Assembly (NCBI GenBank): GCA_040772365.1
Contig: JAXGYI010000007.1
Span: forward strand, 5,752-69,751
Source: Candidatus Moraniibacteriota bacterium
Lineage (GTDB): Bacteria > Patescibacteriota > Minisyncoccia > Moranbacterales > GCA-2747515
DNA length: 64,000 nucleotides
Direction of reading: 5' to 3'
Shown here: in pieces, positions 10,521-20,591 of the stretch
Layout of the letters: the number at the start of each line of letters is the position of its first letter
Numbering within the stretch: position 1 is the first letter of the stretch
The notes under the pieces: generated by a model
The model's database searches: none
The model's input: the letters and a program-made list of their open reading frames with translations, nothing else
What the model was told of the DNA's origin: nothing
Made by a program: the position numbers and the translations under genes

Positions 10521-11187
10521 TGCTGTGATGATTACTGTGGCGCATGCGCCATGCCTCTATTTTAGCATGATCGCCAGATACAAGCACATCTGGTACGCGC
10601 CATCCATTATACACTTCCGGTTTAGTATAGTGTGGGTATTCCATATAGCCTGCAGTAGCATGCGACTCCTCTACAGCGCTTGCCGCATTGCCAAGTACAC
10701 CTGGCAACAATCGCACTACACTATCGGCAATCGCCAAAGCCCCCAACTCCCCACCAGTAAGCACATAGGGTCCCACGGCAATCTCCTCATTGGCAATATA
10801 CTGTGCCACACGCTCATCTACACCCTCATAGCGTCCACAAATCAAAATGAGATGCATGTACGTAGCGGCAAGACGTTGCGCATCTTGCTGTGTGTACTGC
10901 CGTCCTTTGGCGCTCAAGAGGATGATATGCCGTTTGTCCGGTGGCACCGCTGCCTCTTGTGTCGTGAGATGCGTCACTGCATCATGAATCGGCGCTACTT
11001 GCATCACCATGCCCGCACCACCACCGTACGGTGTGTCATCCACACGGCGCCACTTATCCGCACTGAAATCACGTAGATCCGTCACACCAAAAGTCACCGC
11101 ATCCGCCTGCTGTGCGCGCTTCATCATCGCCGCATCTGTATACGGACGCACTATATCGGGAAAAATTGTCACAATATCAATCTTCAT
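10465..11187 (-). CDS. trmD: tRNA (guanine-N1)-methyltransferase
   Basis: VDDTPYGGGAGMVM, CGRYEGVDERV, YVLTGGE, EYPHYT; start at MKIDIVTIFP. Confidence 0.96.
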   Translation of the reverse strand: MKIDIVTIFPDIVRPYTDAAMMKRAQQADAVTFGVTDLRDFSADKWRRVDDTPYGGGAGMVMQVAPIHDAVTHLTTQEAAVPPDKRHIILLSAKGRQYTQQDAQRLAATYMHLILICGRYEGVDERVAQYIANEEIAVGPYVLTGGELGALAIADSVVRLLPGVLGNAASAVEESHATAGYMEYPHYTKPEVYNGWRVPDVLVSGDHAKIEAWRMRHSNHHSNDQAQTFGDEPRTQKKQK

Positions 11188-11232
11188 ATGCACCATATGG
11201 AGTATATCGCACAGAGCGAAAAAGTAAATAAA

Positions 11233-11262
11233 AAGAGGCCTGCACATTAGTGTAAGCCTCTT
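11233..11262 (-). terminator. Putative intrinsic terminator after the 11272 ORF
   Basis: AAGAGGC...GCCTCTT inverted repeat with T-tract on the minus strand. Confidence 0.6.
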
Positions 11263-11271
11263 CTCCTCTGA

Positions 11272-11667
11272 CTACAATCCCGCAACATAGTACTTTCCCC
11301 GCTTCTTCCGCGGAGGGGTACCTTTGTTGTTGTGCGGGCGATGTATGCACCCATCATGATGAACAATGGCATGCAGAACCTGCGCCTCACCGTCAATCAT
11401 GCACATTTCTCGCATACCACTATCGTTGATCCCACCCCCTTGTAATTGCATCATCAGCACTTTCTTGCGCGCCTGCACGGCGGCAAGACGTTTTTCCGCC
11501 TGCTCGCACGTCATGTGTGTGCCAGATCCAACGTCCGTATACACACATGTGCCGGCAATGCACTCAACAACAATGCGTGCATCATCGCTATCAAAGATGA
11601 CTTCGGCAATGGCGATATGCGGGAAAATCATCACAAAAAAAACGAGAGGATACATAAAATATGCCAT
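11272..11667 (-). CDS. Hypothetical secreted protein (orphan)
   Basis: Signal-peptide-like N-terminus, several Cys; SD-like AGGGGG upstream. Confidence 0.6.
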   Translation of the reverse strand: MAYFMYPLVFFVMIFPHIAIAEVIFDSDDARIVVECIAGTCVYTDVGSGTHMTCEQAEKRLAAVQARKKVLMMQLQGGGINDSGMREMCMIDGEAQVLHAIVHHDGCIHRPHNNKGTPPRKKRGKYYVAGL

Positions 11668-11676
11668 ATTGACCCC

Positions 11677-12198
11677 CTACTCCATATATTCTGTAATGGT
11701 AAATTTTTCAGGAACAGTATCTTCCAGCCACCCAGACATCTCATCAGTGACAGAGAAAAGCCACTTCAGGACATTCGCATCCAATAGTATGGGGGCAATA
11801 CTGTATGTCCCCGTTGCAATATGACGCACGATGGAAGCATGATCACCGCGTACACCACTCTCCCGCAACAATTGCAGAAGTCGAGATTCCAACATATCGA
11901 CATGTGGAACCACATAATCAATATCCGGATATCGTGCACCCTCATGAAACAAAATTGACAGAAAAAGATCAACATCATCTTTTTCAAAATTAGTACATGC
12001 ACCCGTGTAGGCTTCGTGGAACGGTGAGAACTTAACGAAGCATTGGGAGAAAACATCGTTTGATCGACGAAAATGAATCTCCCATCCATCGCAGAACACT
12101 GCTTTTTGCGCAACAGCTGCTGCAAAAACCTTCCGCCCTGCGTCGGCGGCGTTGAACTTATCCACTGCAATCGGAATAATCACATCCCAGTCTTTCAT
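11677..12198 (-). CDS. Hypothetical protein (orphan)
   Basis: 173-aa ORF with GGAGGAG SD before ATG. Confidence 0.65.
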   Translation of the reverse strand: MKDWDVIIPIAVDKFNAADAGRKVFAAAVAQKAVFCDGWEIHFRRSNDVFSQCFVKFSPFHEAYTGACTNFEKDDVDLFLSILFHEGARYPDIDYVVPHVDMLESRLLQLLRESGVRGDHASIVRHIATGTYSIAPILLDANVLKWLFSVTDEMSGWLEDTVPEKFTITEYME

Positions 12199-12254
12199 TT
12201 CACTCCTCCATTGTTTTGTATTATGAAGTTGACAAAAAACAAACTATGGAAAGT

Positions 12255-12283
12255 ATTATAGCACAATTTCACATCTTTGTCCA
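12255..12283 (-). promoter_or_regulatory. Putative sigma70 promoter for the 12198 ORF
   Basis: TGGACA-17-TATAAT with extended TG. Confidence 0.55.
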
Positions 12284-12378
12284 TCATACGCGGTAATTTT
12301 AAAAAGCGTCATTTCGAACCCCTTGTTGATTTAGGTCGAGATACCTGGAGCTAATAGAACGAGTATGTAAAAAAAATA

Positions 12379-12404
12379 AAACAGGACGTGATTCCGTCCT
12401 GTTT
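12379..12404 (-). terminator. Putative intrinsic terminator
   Basis: AAACAGGACG/CGTCCTGTTT stem followed by T-rich tract on the minus strand. Confidence 0.6.
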
Positions 12405-12416
12405 GTCCTCCATTTT

Positions 12417-12686
12417 TCAAAAAAACGCATGATGCATCTGACAGTCCGGACACATGCTGTACAGTTTATCCACAAGCTTTCGCACCGCCCTGTAAATTGG
12501 CGACGTCTCTGGAATGTGCGCCATTGTCTCTGCATCACACACCCCTTCAATGGTGATGGCAATGTCGAGCATTTCATCATGACACTCCACACAATAGCGT
12601 ACATTCGAATAATTAATTTCCTTGATGTAGTACACCGAGAAAATTTTTCCCTTATGCTCAATATTTTCTTAACCGTAACTCACCAT
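12417..12686 (-). pseudogene. Small CxxC...CxxC protein with in-frame TAA at codon 6
   Basis: AAGGGGGA SD, then ATG GTG AGT TAC GGT TAA GAA AAT..., in frame with the 12417..12635 ORF (CVEC...CPDC). Confidence 0.5.
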
Positions 12687-12750
12687 ATCTTCCCCCTTAT
12701 ATGGCTTTGGCATTTGTTAAAAAACTACACTTTTACAATGTTAACACTTA

Positions 12751-12779
12751 ATCTTATTACACAAAAACACTTGTGTCAA
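12751..12779 (-). promoter_or_regulatory. Putative sigma70 promoter
   Basis: TTGACA-17-TAAGAT. Confidence 0.55.
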
Positions 12780-12783
12780 TACC

Positions 12784-12810
12784 AAAAACCGCCCGATTTG
12801 GGCGGTTTTT
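12784..12810. terminator. Intrinsic terminator after rplL (bidirectional)
   Basis: AAAAACCGCCC-GATTT-GGGCGGTTTTT. Confidence 0.8.
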
Positions 12811-12836
12811 GCGTGCATGCGTTGTTGTTCGCAAAC

Positions 12837-13268
12837 TTATTTGAGGTTGATCGTTGCGCCAGCTTCTTCTAATTTGCCTTTAATAGTCTCCGCCTCTTCC
12901 TTGGCAACACCTTCTTTGATCACCTTTGGAGCAGCATCTACCAGATCCTTAGCATCCTTGAGTCCAAGACCCGTAATCTCACGTACTGCCTTAATCACGT
13001 TGATTTTTGATGCGCCTGCATCCGCAAGCTCTACATCAAAGGAAGACTGTTCTTCTGCTGCAGCTTCACCTGCACCTGCAACTGGCATTGCCATTGCAAC
13101 CGGTGCTGCAGCACTCACACCAAATTTGTCCTCTAAAACCGTAATGAGCTCTGAGAGATCTAGGACGCTCATCCCTTCAATCTCCTTGACAATTTTTTCA
13201 AACTTCTTGGGAACTGCTACCTCTTTTTTCTCTGCGGTGGCGTCCGCCTTCTTTGCTTCGTCTGTCAT
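12837..13268 (-). CDS. rplL: 50S ribosomal protein bL12 (L7/L12)
   Basis: [34 protein letters not shown]. Confidence 0.97.
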   Translation of the reverse strand: MTDEAKKADATAEKKEVAVPKKFEKIVKEIEGMSVLDLSELITVLEDKFGVSAAAPVAMAMPVAGAGEAAAEEQSSFDVELADAGASKINVIKAVREITGLGLKDAKDLVDAAPKVIKEGVAKEEAETIKGKLEEAGATINLK

Positions 13269-13324
13269 AGTGGTTGTGTTAAAAAAATGAATAAATATAA
13301 TGTGTGACTGTACGCTGAGAACAT

Positions 13325-13843
13325 CTACGCCTCCTTGCTGTCACGCACTGCCGTAAGTGCCTGCACAAACGTGCGTGGCACACCAGCCAATGTGTTGACG
13401 AATCCGCTGATCGGAGCTTGCAATTGACCTAAGAGCTGTGCACGTAATTCATCACGCGACGGCAATTTTGCCAATGCATGCACCTCATCAACCGACATAA
13501 TCTGATCGCCTAAAACGCCACCAAGGATTTTGATGTGCTCATTTGCCTTTGTCGCATCAAAGATGATCTTCGCCGCTGTCACCTCATCGGGTGACACACT
13601 GACAGCGATCTGCCCATCTAGCGCCTTGGTATTCATAGTGATGTTATTGTTCTTGAGCGCAATCGCCAAGAGCGTCTTTTTGATCACCTGAAACGTAGAT
13701 CCGGATTCACGCAGCTGCTTTTTGAGTGCAACCATATCATTGGCACTCACGCCTTTGAAGTCGGCGATGACACATGCCGGCGATTCCTGCATTTGCGCAC
13801 TCAGTGTATGGACAATCTCTTCTTTCTGTTTCCGTGTGAGCAT
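13325..13843 (-). CDS. rplJ: 50S ribosomal protein uL10
   Basis: [34 protein letters not shown]; upstream of rplL. Confidence 0.95.
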   Translation of the reverse strand: MLTRKQKEEIVHTLSAQMQESPACVIADFKGVSANDMVALKKQLRESGSTFQVIKKTLLAIALKNNNITMNTKALDGQIAVSVSPDEVTAAKIIFDATKANEHIKILGGVLGDQIMSVDEVHALAKLPSRDELRAQLLGQLQAPISGFVNTLAGVPRTFVQALTAVRDSKEA

Positions 13844-13889
13844 AGTGCTTATCGTTGATTAGTAGATTTGTTGTAGTATCACCTGCACA

Positions 13890-14020
13890 TACAAAAAGTC
13901 TGCGCACGTCATTGGCGCAGAACATAGCAAGAGAAAGCACAGTCGACCTGTGAATTTTCAGTGCTCCTCGCACGGACCTCTGCGCCCCATTGGGGCACTG
14001 CCGTGTGTCTGCGGATATGC
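13890..14020 (-). promoter_or_regulatory. L10 leader-like RNA with attenuator hairpin
   Basis: CCGCAGACACACGG...CCGTGCGAGG core, then TCTGCGC/GCGCAGA stem + TTTTT upstream of rplJ. Confidence 0.75.
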
Positions 14021-14052
14021 GTTAGTATGTGTGGTTAAAACCACGTGCCTAT

Positions 14053-14081
14053 AGTGTAGCGGAAACCGAGACAGTTGTCAA
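14053..14081 (-). promoter_or_regulatory. Putative rplJL promoter
   Basis: TTGACA-17-TACACT. Confidence 0.6.
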
Positions 14082-14204
14082 TTGCTCTGGCATCGTCTAG
14101 GGAGCTGGAGGCCTTTTACTGGCGTAGACGCCTCCTCTGTAAAAAACACAACTTGAGTGCTATCCCCAAGCTGTGTTTCTCTATGTAGTATTTTTCTGGC
14201 AACA

Positions 14205-14618
14205 CTACTTCTTTTCTTTCGTCGTAGCATCCACTTTCGCATCATCTTTTGCATCTACCGTAGTTTCTGCCTTTGCATTATCTGTGCCATCCGCCGTTGA
14301 CGCAGCGTCTGCTGCTTTCTCCTGCGTATTGTCCGCTGGGGCCTCTTCTTTCTTTGGTGGCACCTTAACAGCGCGCTTTGCGCCATCAATTAGCCCATTT
14401 TTCACTAAAAGGTTATGCACTGTATCTGATGGTTGCGCACCATCGGCGAGGAACTTCTTGATCAAATCCTCCTTGAGCACTGTATGCTTACTGTGTGGAT
14501 CATAACTCCCCACCACGGCAATGTGCTTTCCCGTCGGCGCTTTGGTTTTTTCCTGCACAACAACGTGGTACTGTGCGTGATTATGTCGTCCCACGCGACT
14601 CAATCGTATAACAAGCAT
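14205..14618 (-). CDS. rpsP: 30S ribosomal protein bS16 with long C-terminal tail
   Basis: MLVIRLSRVGR, VGSYDPH, GAQPSDTVHNLL. Confidence 0.94.
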   Translation of the reverse strand: MLVIRLSRVGRHNHAQYHVVVQEKTKAPTGKHIAVVGSYDPHSKHTVLKEDLIKKFLADGAQPSDTVHNLLVKNGLIDGAKRAVKVPPKKEEAPADNTQEKAADAASTADGTDNAKAETTVDAKDDAKVDATTKEKK

Positions 14619-14699
14619 AATATTCAAAAATATTTTATGACAACTAACAGCACGCCGGGCATGTACTCCCGCACGTGACTTCGTAGCATGTATGGCATC

Positions 14700-14728
14700 A
14701 TTGTACTCGCACTGCGACATTTTGTCAA
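14700..14728 (-). promoter_or_regulatory. Putative rpsP promoter
   Basis: TTGACA-17-TACAAT. Confidence 0.6.
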
Positions 14729-14908
14729 ACAAAAAAAATCGCCCATGCGAACATGAGACGATTTTCGGTCAAGAGAATTAATCATGGAAACGATCTCTCG
14801 GTATCTGCCAATATTATTTTTTTAACGCCCTAAACACCACCCGTGCACATATCCCTATTAAAGAATGGGAGGTTTTATTGCTGTACTCGAATCTATTCCA
14901 TGATCATC

Positions 14909-16183
14909 CTATAAACGCCCATGAGAATCTGTTTTCTTGTATATAGATTTAAGATCATAGATCACACTGTTTTTTTTGCCAAATGCTTTGATCGCCTTGA
15001 TACCAAGGCTGGCAAATTGCTTGTGCATTACGGCAATGACAATTGCATCATAGGTATCCTCCTTTGGCTTCTTGATCAGTGAAAAACCGTAGTATTTTTT
15101 GACATCATGTGGATCAGCTACAGGGTCATATACATCTACCTTTGCACCGTATTGTTCTAGCGATTCCTTGATATCCAGCGGGCGCGCATTACGAATGTCA
15201 GGACAATTTTCTTTGAATGTCGCGCCCAATAGCAACACACGCGACGTCGCAATGTTAATTTTCTTTTTTGCCATCAATTTTACAATTTGCCCAGCAATAT
15301 AAAAACCCATACTGTCATTCATGGTACGCGTCGCCTTGACGATACCCATATTGTGACCCACCGACTGTGCTTTATGCACCAAGTAATAAGGATCGATGCC
15401 GATACAGTGCCCACCGACGAGACCGGGAACGAAAGAGAGTGCATTCCACTTGGTCTTCATCGCCTGCAATACTTCTTTTGTATCAATATCCAATTTATTC
15501 ATTAAGATCGCCACCTCATTCATAAATCCAATATTAACGTCGCGCTGCGCATTCTCAATAACCTTACATGCCTCCGCAACCTCCAAGCTACTAACAGGAA
15601 ACGTGCCTGCTGTAATAATTTCCTTGTACACTGCATCAACGAGCTTTGCCGCTTCTTTTGTCGATCCGGACGTTACCTTCACAATATCAGAAACTTTGCT
15701 TTTATCTGCTGGTGAAATACGCTCAGGACTATATCCAACAAAAAAATCTTTATTAAAGACGAGACCGGACGTGCGCTCCAAAACCGGTACGCATACTTCA
15801 CGTGTCGCACCGGGATATACCGTAGATTCATACACCACAACATCACCCTTTGTGAGATGTCTTGCCACGGTCTCACTAGCGCTCACCAACGAATCAAAGT
15901 CCGGAACATTAAACTCATTCACGGGTGTCGGTAATGCAAGAATATAAAAATTCGCACACGCTAAATCTTTTTCGTCAGCAGTAAAAACCGCCTGCTGTGC
16001 GCTACGTAGTTCTTCCGGTGATATCTCTTTGGTGCGATCATGTCCACGTTGTAATTCTGCTACGCGCTCTGCATTGATGTCATATCCAATCACGGATCGT
16101 TTTTTACCAAATGCAATCGCCAGAGGTAGCCCTACATAGCCGAGCCCAATAACAGCGATCTTTACATCCTGAATTTTATGCAT
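14909..16183 (-). CDS. Nucleotide-sugar dehydrogenase (UDP-HexNAc 6-dehydrogenase, WbpO/TviB-like)
   Basis: GLGYVGLPLA, YESTVYPG, SPER, ENAQRDVNI, GGHCIGIDPYYL, TFKENCPD. Confidence 0.9.
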   Translation of the reverse strand: MHKIQDVKIAVIGLGYVGLPLAIAFGKKRSVIGYDINAERVAELQRGHDRTKEISPEELRSAQQAVFTADEKDLACANFYILALPTPVNEFNVPDFDSLVSASETVARHLTKGDVVVYESTVYPGATREVCVPVLERTSGLVFNKDFFVGYSPERISPADKSKVSDIVKVTSGSTKEAAKLVDAVYKEIITAGTFPVSSLEVAEACKVIENAQRDVNIGFMNEVAILMNKLDIDTKEVLQAMKTKWNALSFVPGLVGGHCIGIDPYYLVHKAQSVGHNMGIVKATRTMNDSMGFYIAGQIVKLMAKKKINIATSRVLLLGATFKENCPDIRNARPLDIKESLEQYGAKVDVYDPVADPHDVKKYYGFSLIKKPKEDTYDAIVIAVMHKQFASLGIKAIKAFGKKNSVIYDLKSIYKKTDSHGRL

Positions 16184-16408
16184 AAAAAACACATTACTAA
16201 AAACCATCATCTTCGCTTTTACGAAAGCACTGTTATACTACTCCACAATAATGATTACTGCAAATTCTCCAAACCACACGTAAACTTCAAAAAAAGCACA
16301 CTGTACATGCACCACAATCTCATTGCCGCACAGTGGAAATCATGATACACTTCCCACTAGCAAGCGCATATCTTTCGCGCTGTAATTCGTATCTACTTAT
16401 CACACTGT

Positions 16409-17365
16409 ATGAAGCGATTGATTGTGAATCTCCCCGCGTTTAACGAAGAAAGGAATATTGGTAAAACCATTGCACGTATCCCTCGCACGATTGCTGGTGT
16501 GGATGAAGTGATCATCCAAGTGCAAGATGATGGTTCCACCGATCGCACGATTGCCGTGGCAAAGGAAGCCGGTGCGGACGCCGTCTACACCAACGGCATT
16601 AATCGTGGCATTGGCATCACTTTCAAAAATGCGGCAGAGCATGCACTGGATAACGGTGCGGATATTTTTGTCAATATGGACGCCGACGGACAGTTTGATC
16701 CCAATGACATCGGAACTCTCATTAAGCCGATTCTGGACAACCAGGCAGACATTGTCAGTGCAAGCCGTTTCGGTGACAAGACAGCAAAAGATATGCCAAA
16801 AGTCAAATACTATTTAAATCTCATTGCCGCGCGCATCATCGGGTGGTTTTTAAGCCACCCCATTGATGATCTCACCTGTGGGTATCGCGCCTACAGCCGC
16901 GCAGCACTACTGCGCCTCAACATCACGCCGGGTTTTACCTATACACAAGAAACCATCATTGACGCTATTGGCAAAAACTTGCGCTTGCAGTGGATTCCCA
17001 TCACGGTGACGTATTTCGCCAGCCGTAAATCCCGCGTTGTGAAAAGTGTCACGAACTATGTTGGCAACAGTGGTAAAATTATCCTAGAGACAGTACGTGA
17101 TATTCGCCCGATGAAATTTTTTGGATTTCCAGCATTCGTCTTGCTGTTTGCTGCACTAATTGGGTTTATCTATTTTCTCATACAGTATATCGGCGACGGT
17201 TTCAAAATCACGCCGCACCTCAACGTCCTCCTCATCACCATTGCCCTCCTCATTGTTGGCATCCAGTTCCTCGTTTTTGCGTTCCTTGCTGATATGATTA
17301 AGTCGCTACGCAAACTTGTGGAGGATCAAGGACATGCCATGCGCAAGTGGCATTACAGGAAATAA
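16409..17365 (+). CDS. Glycosyltransferase family 2 (polyprenyl-P glycosyltransferase-like, two C-terminal TMs)
   Basis: PAFNEE, DDGSTDRT, DADGQF, DLTCGYRAY. Confidence 0.9.
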   Translation: MKRLIVNLPAFNEERNIGKTIARIPRTIAGVDEVIIQVQDDGSTDRTIAVAKEAGADAVYTNGINRGIGITFKNAAEHALDNGADIFVNMDADGQFDPNDIGTLIKPILDNQADIVSASRFGDKTAKDMPKVKYYLNLIAARIIGWFLSHPIDDLTCGYRAYSRAALLRLNITPGFTYTQETIIDAIGKNLRLQWIPITVTYFASRKSRVVKSVTNYVGNSGKIILETVRDIRPMKFFGFPAFVLLFAALIGFIYFLIQYIGDGFKITPHLNVLLITIALLIVGIQFLVFAFLADMIKSLRKLVEDQGHAMRKWHYRK

Positions 17366-17422
17366 TCAGGAAGGAATGTATCTGTATAGGTGAGTGTCGT
17401 AATAAGCTCTCTAATATTATCT

Positions 17423-18562
17423 ATGAAAGGACCCCTGCGCATTCTCTTTATCTCCCGCGCCTATCCGCCAGTTTTTGGAGGTATTGAAAACCAAAACTAC
17501 GGTATTGCAAAGGCGCTCGGGGCCATCACCCCCACCACCGTCATTGCCAATACCAAAGGCAAAAAACTCCTTCCATTTTTTTTGCCATATGCGTTTGTGA
17601 AAATGCTCGTGCTACTACCGCGACACGACGCCGTACTTTTTGGTGACGGCGTACTTACCCCGTTGGGACACGTCGCACGATGGTTTTTCCCGCATAAGAC
17701 CTTTACCTGCATTATCCACGGCTTAGACGTGACCTATGCTACAAAAAAATCCGTGATGGGAAAAATCTACCGCGCGTTTAACCTTCCCGCACTGCGCAAC
17801 ATGCACCTCCTGATTGCCGTCGGCCGTCAAACGATTGAAGAAGCTGTAAAACACGACATTGATCGCAATCGTTGCGTATTTATCCCTAATGGTATTGATC
17901 CGGAAGAGTACTACCACCCAATATCCACACGTGCCAATCTAGATGCGTTGCTCGGGATGGATACCTCCGACAAAAAAGTGATCCTGCGCATGGGACGCTT
18001 TGTGCCACATAAAGGTCTGGTGTGGTTTATTGAAAACGTCATGCCACTTTTGCCAGAAGAGATCATCCTCGTCGCCATGGGTGGCGCGCCAGCAAAAACT
18101 ACTGCCGGCGATAACAGCATCCTTGCCGTCGCACGGCGTGCCGCACAAAAACACGGCATCGCCAATCGCGTCATCCTCCTCCCCAACCGTCCTGACAGTG
18201 AAAAAATCACCCTATTCAACACTGTTGATCTCGTCGTCTCACCCAACATCCACGTACCGGGATCCATTGAGGGCTTCGGCATCAATGCCATTGAAGTCGC
18301 TGCGTGTGAACGCGTCGTTCTCGCTTCCGACTTTCAAGGTCTACCAGACGCCGTGCACGACGGTGAAAATGGATTTCTTTTGCCACGTGAAGACGCCGTG
18401 GCGTGGCGCGACAAAATCCTGGAAACGCTCGCTGATGACTTTGATCGCATCGCCTTTGGCAAAAAGGCGCGCGCCTATACTATTACACACTTCGGCTGGC
18501 CAGGTATTGCACAGCGGTACTATAATGCCATTACCGTTTCACATACCAAACATCGTAATTAA
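17423..18562 (+). CDS. Glycosyltransferase family 4
   Basis: YPPVFGGIE, GRFVPHKG, EGFGINAIE, GENGFL. Confidence 0.9.
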   Translation: MKGPLRILFISRAYPPVFGGIENQNYGIAKALGAITPTTVIANTKGKKLLPFFLPYAFVKMLVLLPRHDAVLFGDGVLTPLGHVARWFFPHKTFTCIIHGLDVTYATKKSVMGKIYRAFNLPALRNMHLLIAVGRQTIEEAVKHDIDRNRCVFIPNGIDPEEYYHPISTRANLDALLGMDTSDKKVILRMGRFVPHKGLVWFIENVMPLLPEEIILVAMGGAPAKTTAGDNSILAVARRAAQKHGIANRVILLPNRPDSEKITLFNTVDLVVSPNIHVPGSIEGFGINAIEVAACERVVLASDFQGLPDAVHDGENGFLLPREDAVAWRDKILETLADDFDRIAFGKKARAYTITHFGWPGIAQRYYNAITVSHTKHRN

Positions 18563-18578
18563 TCTACAAGCATTTCTC

Positions 18579-20591
18579 ATGGACATGACACTTCTCACAG
18601 ACAGCCTTCTTTTTCTCGTAGTATTAAGCGGTATACTCTTCCTACCCGGCTACATCCTCCTGCGCACCTGTTTTCCCACGCGCGCATTTGCAACGGTAGA
18701 ACGTGTCATTCTTGCCCCAGCGCTCTCATTTATTATAATGACACTTATTTTGATTGTTGCCGATCGCTGTGCTATACCACTTGATCGCATTACCGTCATT
18801 CTCATTACGGCATGCACTACAGCACTTCTGTTCACCATCGGTATCATCATGCGACGCATCAAACCACACATCTACAGAACAAAAGCACGGCAGCAGCATG
18901 ACACAATCTTCTCACGCCTCACACCCCTACACACTGCCATCATCGTCTTACTTATTGTCCTCACCGTCGGTATTAAAGGCTACTACTTGGTCAACACCAT
19001 CTTCCCTACAGCCACCGATCTCGGACACCACCTCTACTGGGTTGCCAAAGCCATTCATGATCACACACTTCCACACTATACCGCGCAAGAAATTATTACT
19101 CATGATACTGGACATTACGGATTTAGCGATCCTGTTGCCATACCAGACTTCATCGTCGGCGAACACGCACTGCTTGCTGCTCTCTTTGTCGTCACAGGAC
19201 TGCCTCTTGTTAGTGTATTTCCATCACTTTTTCTCTTTGTGATCAACATCTTTACCGTACTTCTGCTCTTTGTGCTTGCACGACGCATGTTTGACCGCAC
19301 GCACTACGGCACAGCCATCGCCATCCTCACACTTCTGATTGCCGGACCGCTCTGGGCAATCGGCGGCGCACAAGCAAAATTTGTCAGTGGCGGCGTCATC
19401 GGTAATATCATCGGCAACCTCCTCATCCCCACAACATTCTACTTCCTTCTGCGCGCCCTGCGCGAAAAGCGCACAGCATTTCTCATCCTCGCGATTATAA
19501 GCGGCACAGCACTAGCCTACACGCACCACCTCAGCGCATTCATCTTTGGCTATAGCCTCATTTTTACTATTGCCATCTTTCTCATTCTCAATCCAGTTAC
19601 CCACCGCTATAGCAACATCCTCCGTCTCATGCTTCATCCTGCTGTAATCGCTGTACTCCTCACTGTCACAGCATGGCTCGTCTGGATTCAGCCCCCACCT
19701 TACCTGAACACCGCTACCATTACATCTTCCATTGGCACACCAACCAAATCCACGCGCATTGGCATTCCTGTTGGACAACTACCTACCCTACTTGGTGAAG
19801 CGCGCTTTGCTCTCGGCATTGTCGGTGTTGTTCTCATCGGCGTCACACTACTCCTACGCCGCGTCGCACGCTACCGCAACCTACCGCTTCTACCATCTAC
19901 CTATGCCGGCACCATCCTCCTCGGCTGGAGTACTGCCATCATTGCCATGAGTGTTGTACCGCACCTCCTCCACGTCAATATCCTTTCCGCGCGCATCATC
20001 ACCTATGCTGCATTCCCCCTATCCATCGCCGCCGCCTATGCCATCACGTGGGCAGTTGCCGCCGCACTGCGCGATGATGCCACACTGCGCGTGCCGCGCT
20101 ATGCACTGTCACTGCTACTTGCCGTGTGCATCACCTATCTCTTTGCTTCCGGTATGAAAGACAACGCCAATGCTATGCGCCCCGTACCACGCACCAACAG
20201 CGCCCTGCAAACATTCCACGCCGGCGCCTATGCCGCCGACACCTTTGCTGTGCATGCCGAGCACGGGGACTTCTGGATGCTCAAAGACCACAACTACATC
20301 ACTGCCGACACATGGCTCAAAATTTTCTTTGCCTACGATTATGCTTATCCACTCTCCCGCGCCTACTTCGCGCGCTACGAATCCAACCCCGACCGCGAAA
20401 CGTGTACACTAGACATGATTACCGACCCCGTATCTGACCACGCACGTACCTGCTTTGCCGACCTGCACGTACGCGTTGTCCTCGTTGCCACAGAACAGGA
20501 TGCAGCGCAATTCCTCACTGACCCTGTATTCTCACGCATCTACCACAACAACACCCTTAGCATGTTCATACGCAATACTTATGAAAAATAA
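18579..20591 (+). CDS. Polytopic membrane protein, probable GT-C fold (DUF1616/DUF6541-like N-terminus)
   Basis: >10 TMs; FLPGY...ER...ALS, PTATDLGHH, AYTHHLS; start taken as ATG 18579. Confidence 0.65.
   Translation: MDMTLLTDSLLFLVVLSGILFLPGYILLRTCFPTRAFATVERVILAPALSFIIMTLILIVADRCAIPLDRITVILITACTTALLFTIGIIMRRIKPHIYRTKARQQHDTIFSRLTPLHTAIIVLLIVLTVGIKGYYLVNTIFPTATDLGHHLYWVAKAIHDHTLPHYTAQEIITHDTGHYGFSDPVAIPDFIVGEHALLAALFVVTGLPLVSVFPSLFLFVINIFTVLLLFVLARRMFDRTHYGTAIAILTLLIAGPLWAIGGAQAKFVSGGVIGNIIGNLLIPTTFYFLLRALREKRTAFLILAIISGTALAYTHHLSAFIFGYSLIFTIAIFLILNPVTHRYSNILRLMLHPAVIAVLLTVTAWLVWIQPPPYLNTATITSSIGTPTKSTRIGIPVGQLPTLLGEARFALGIVGVVLIGVTLLLRRVARYRNLPLLPSTYAGTILLGWSTAIIAMSVVPHLLHVNILSARIITYAAFPLSIAAAYAITWAVAAALRDDATLRVPRYALSLLLAVCITYLFASGMKDNANAMRPVPRTNSALQTFHAGAYAADTFAVHAEHGDFWMLKDHNYITADTWLKIFFAYDYAYPLSRAYFARYESNPDRETCTLDMITDPVSDHARTCFADLHVRVVLVATEQDAAQFLTDPVFSRIYHNNTLSMFIRNTYEK

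Noticed and set aside
18000-18578. N-terminal ~190 aa of the 863-aa ORF
   Set aside because: Overlaps the GT4 in another frame; the plausible start is ATG 18579
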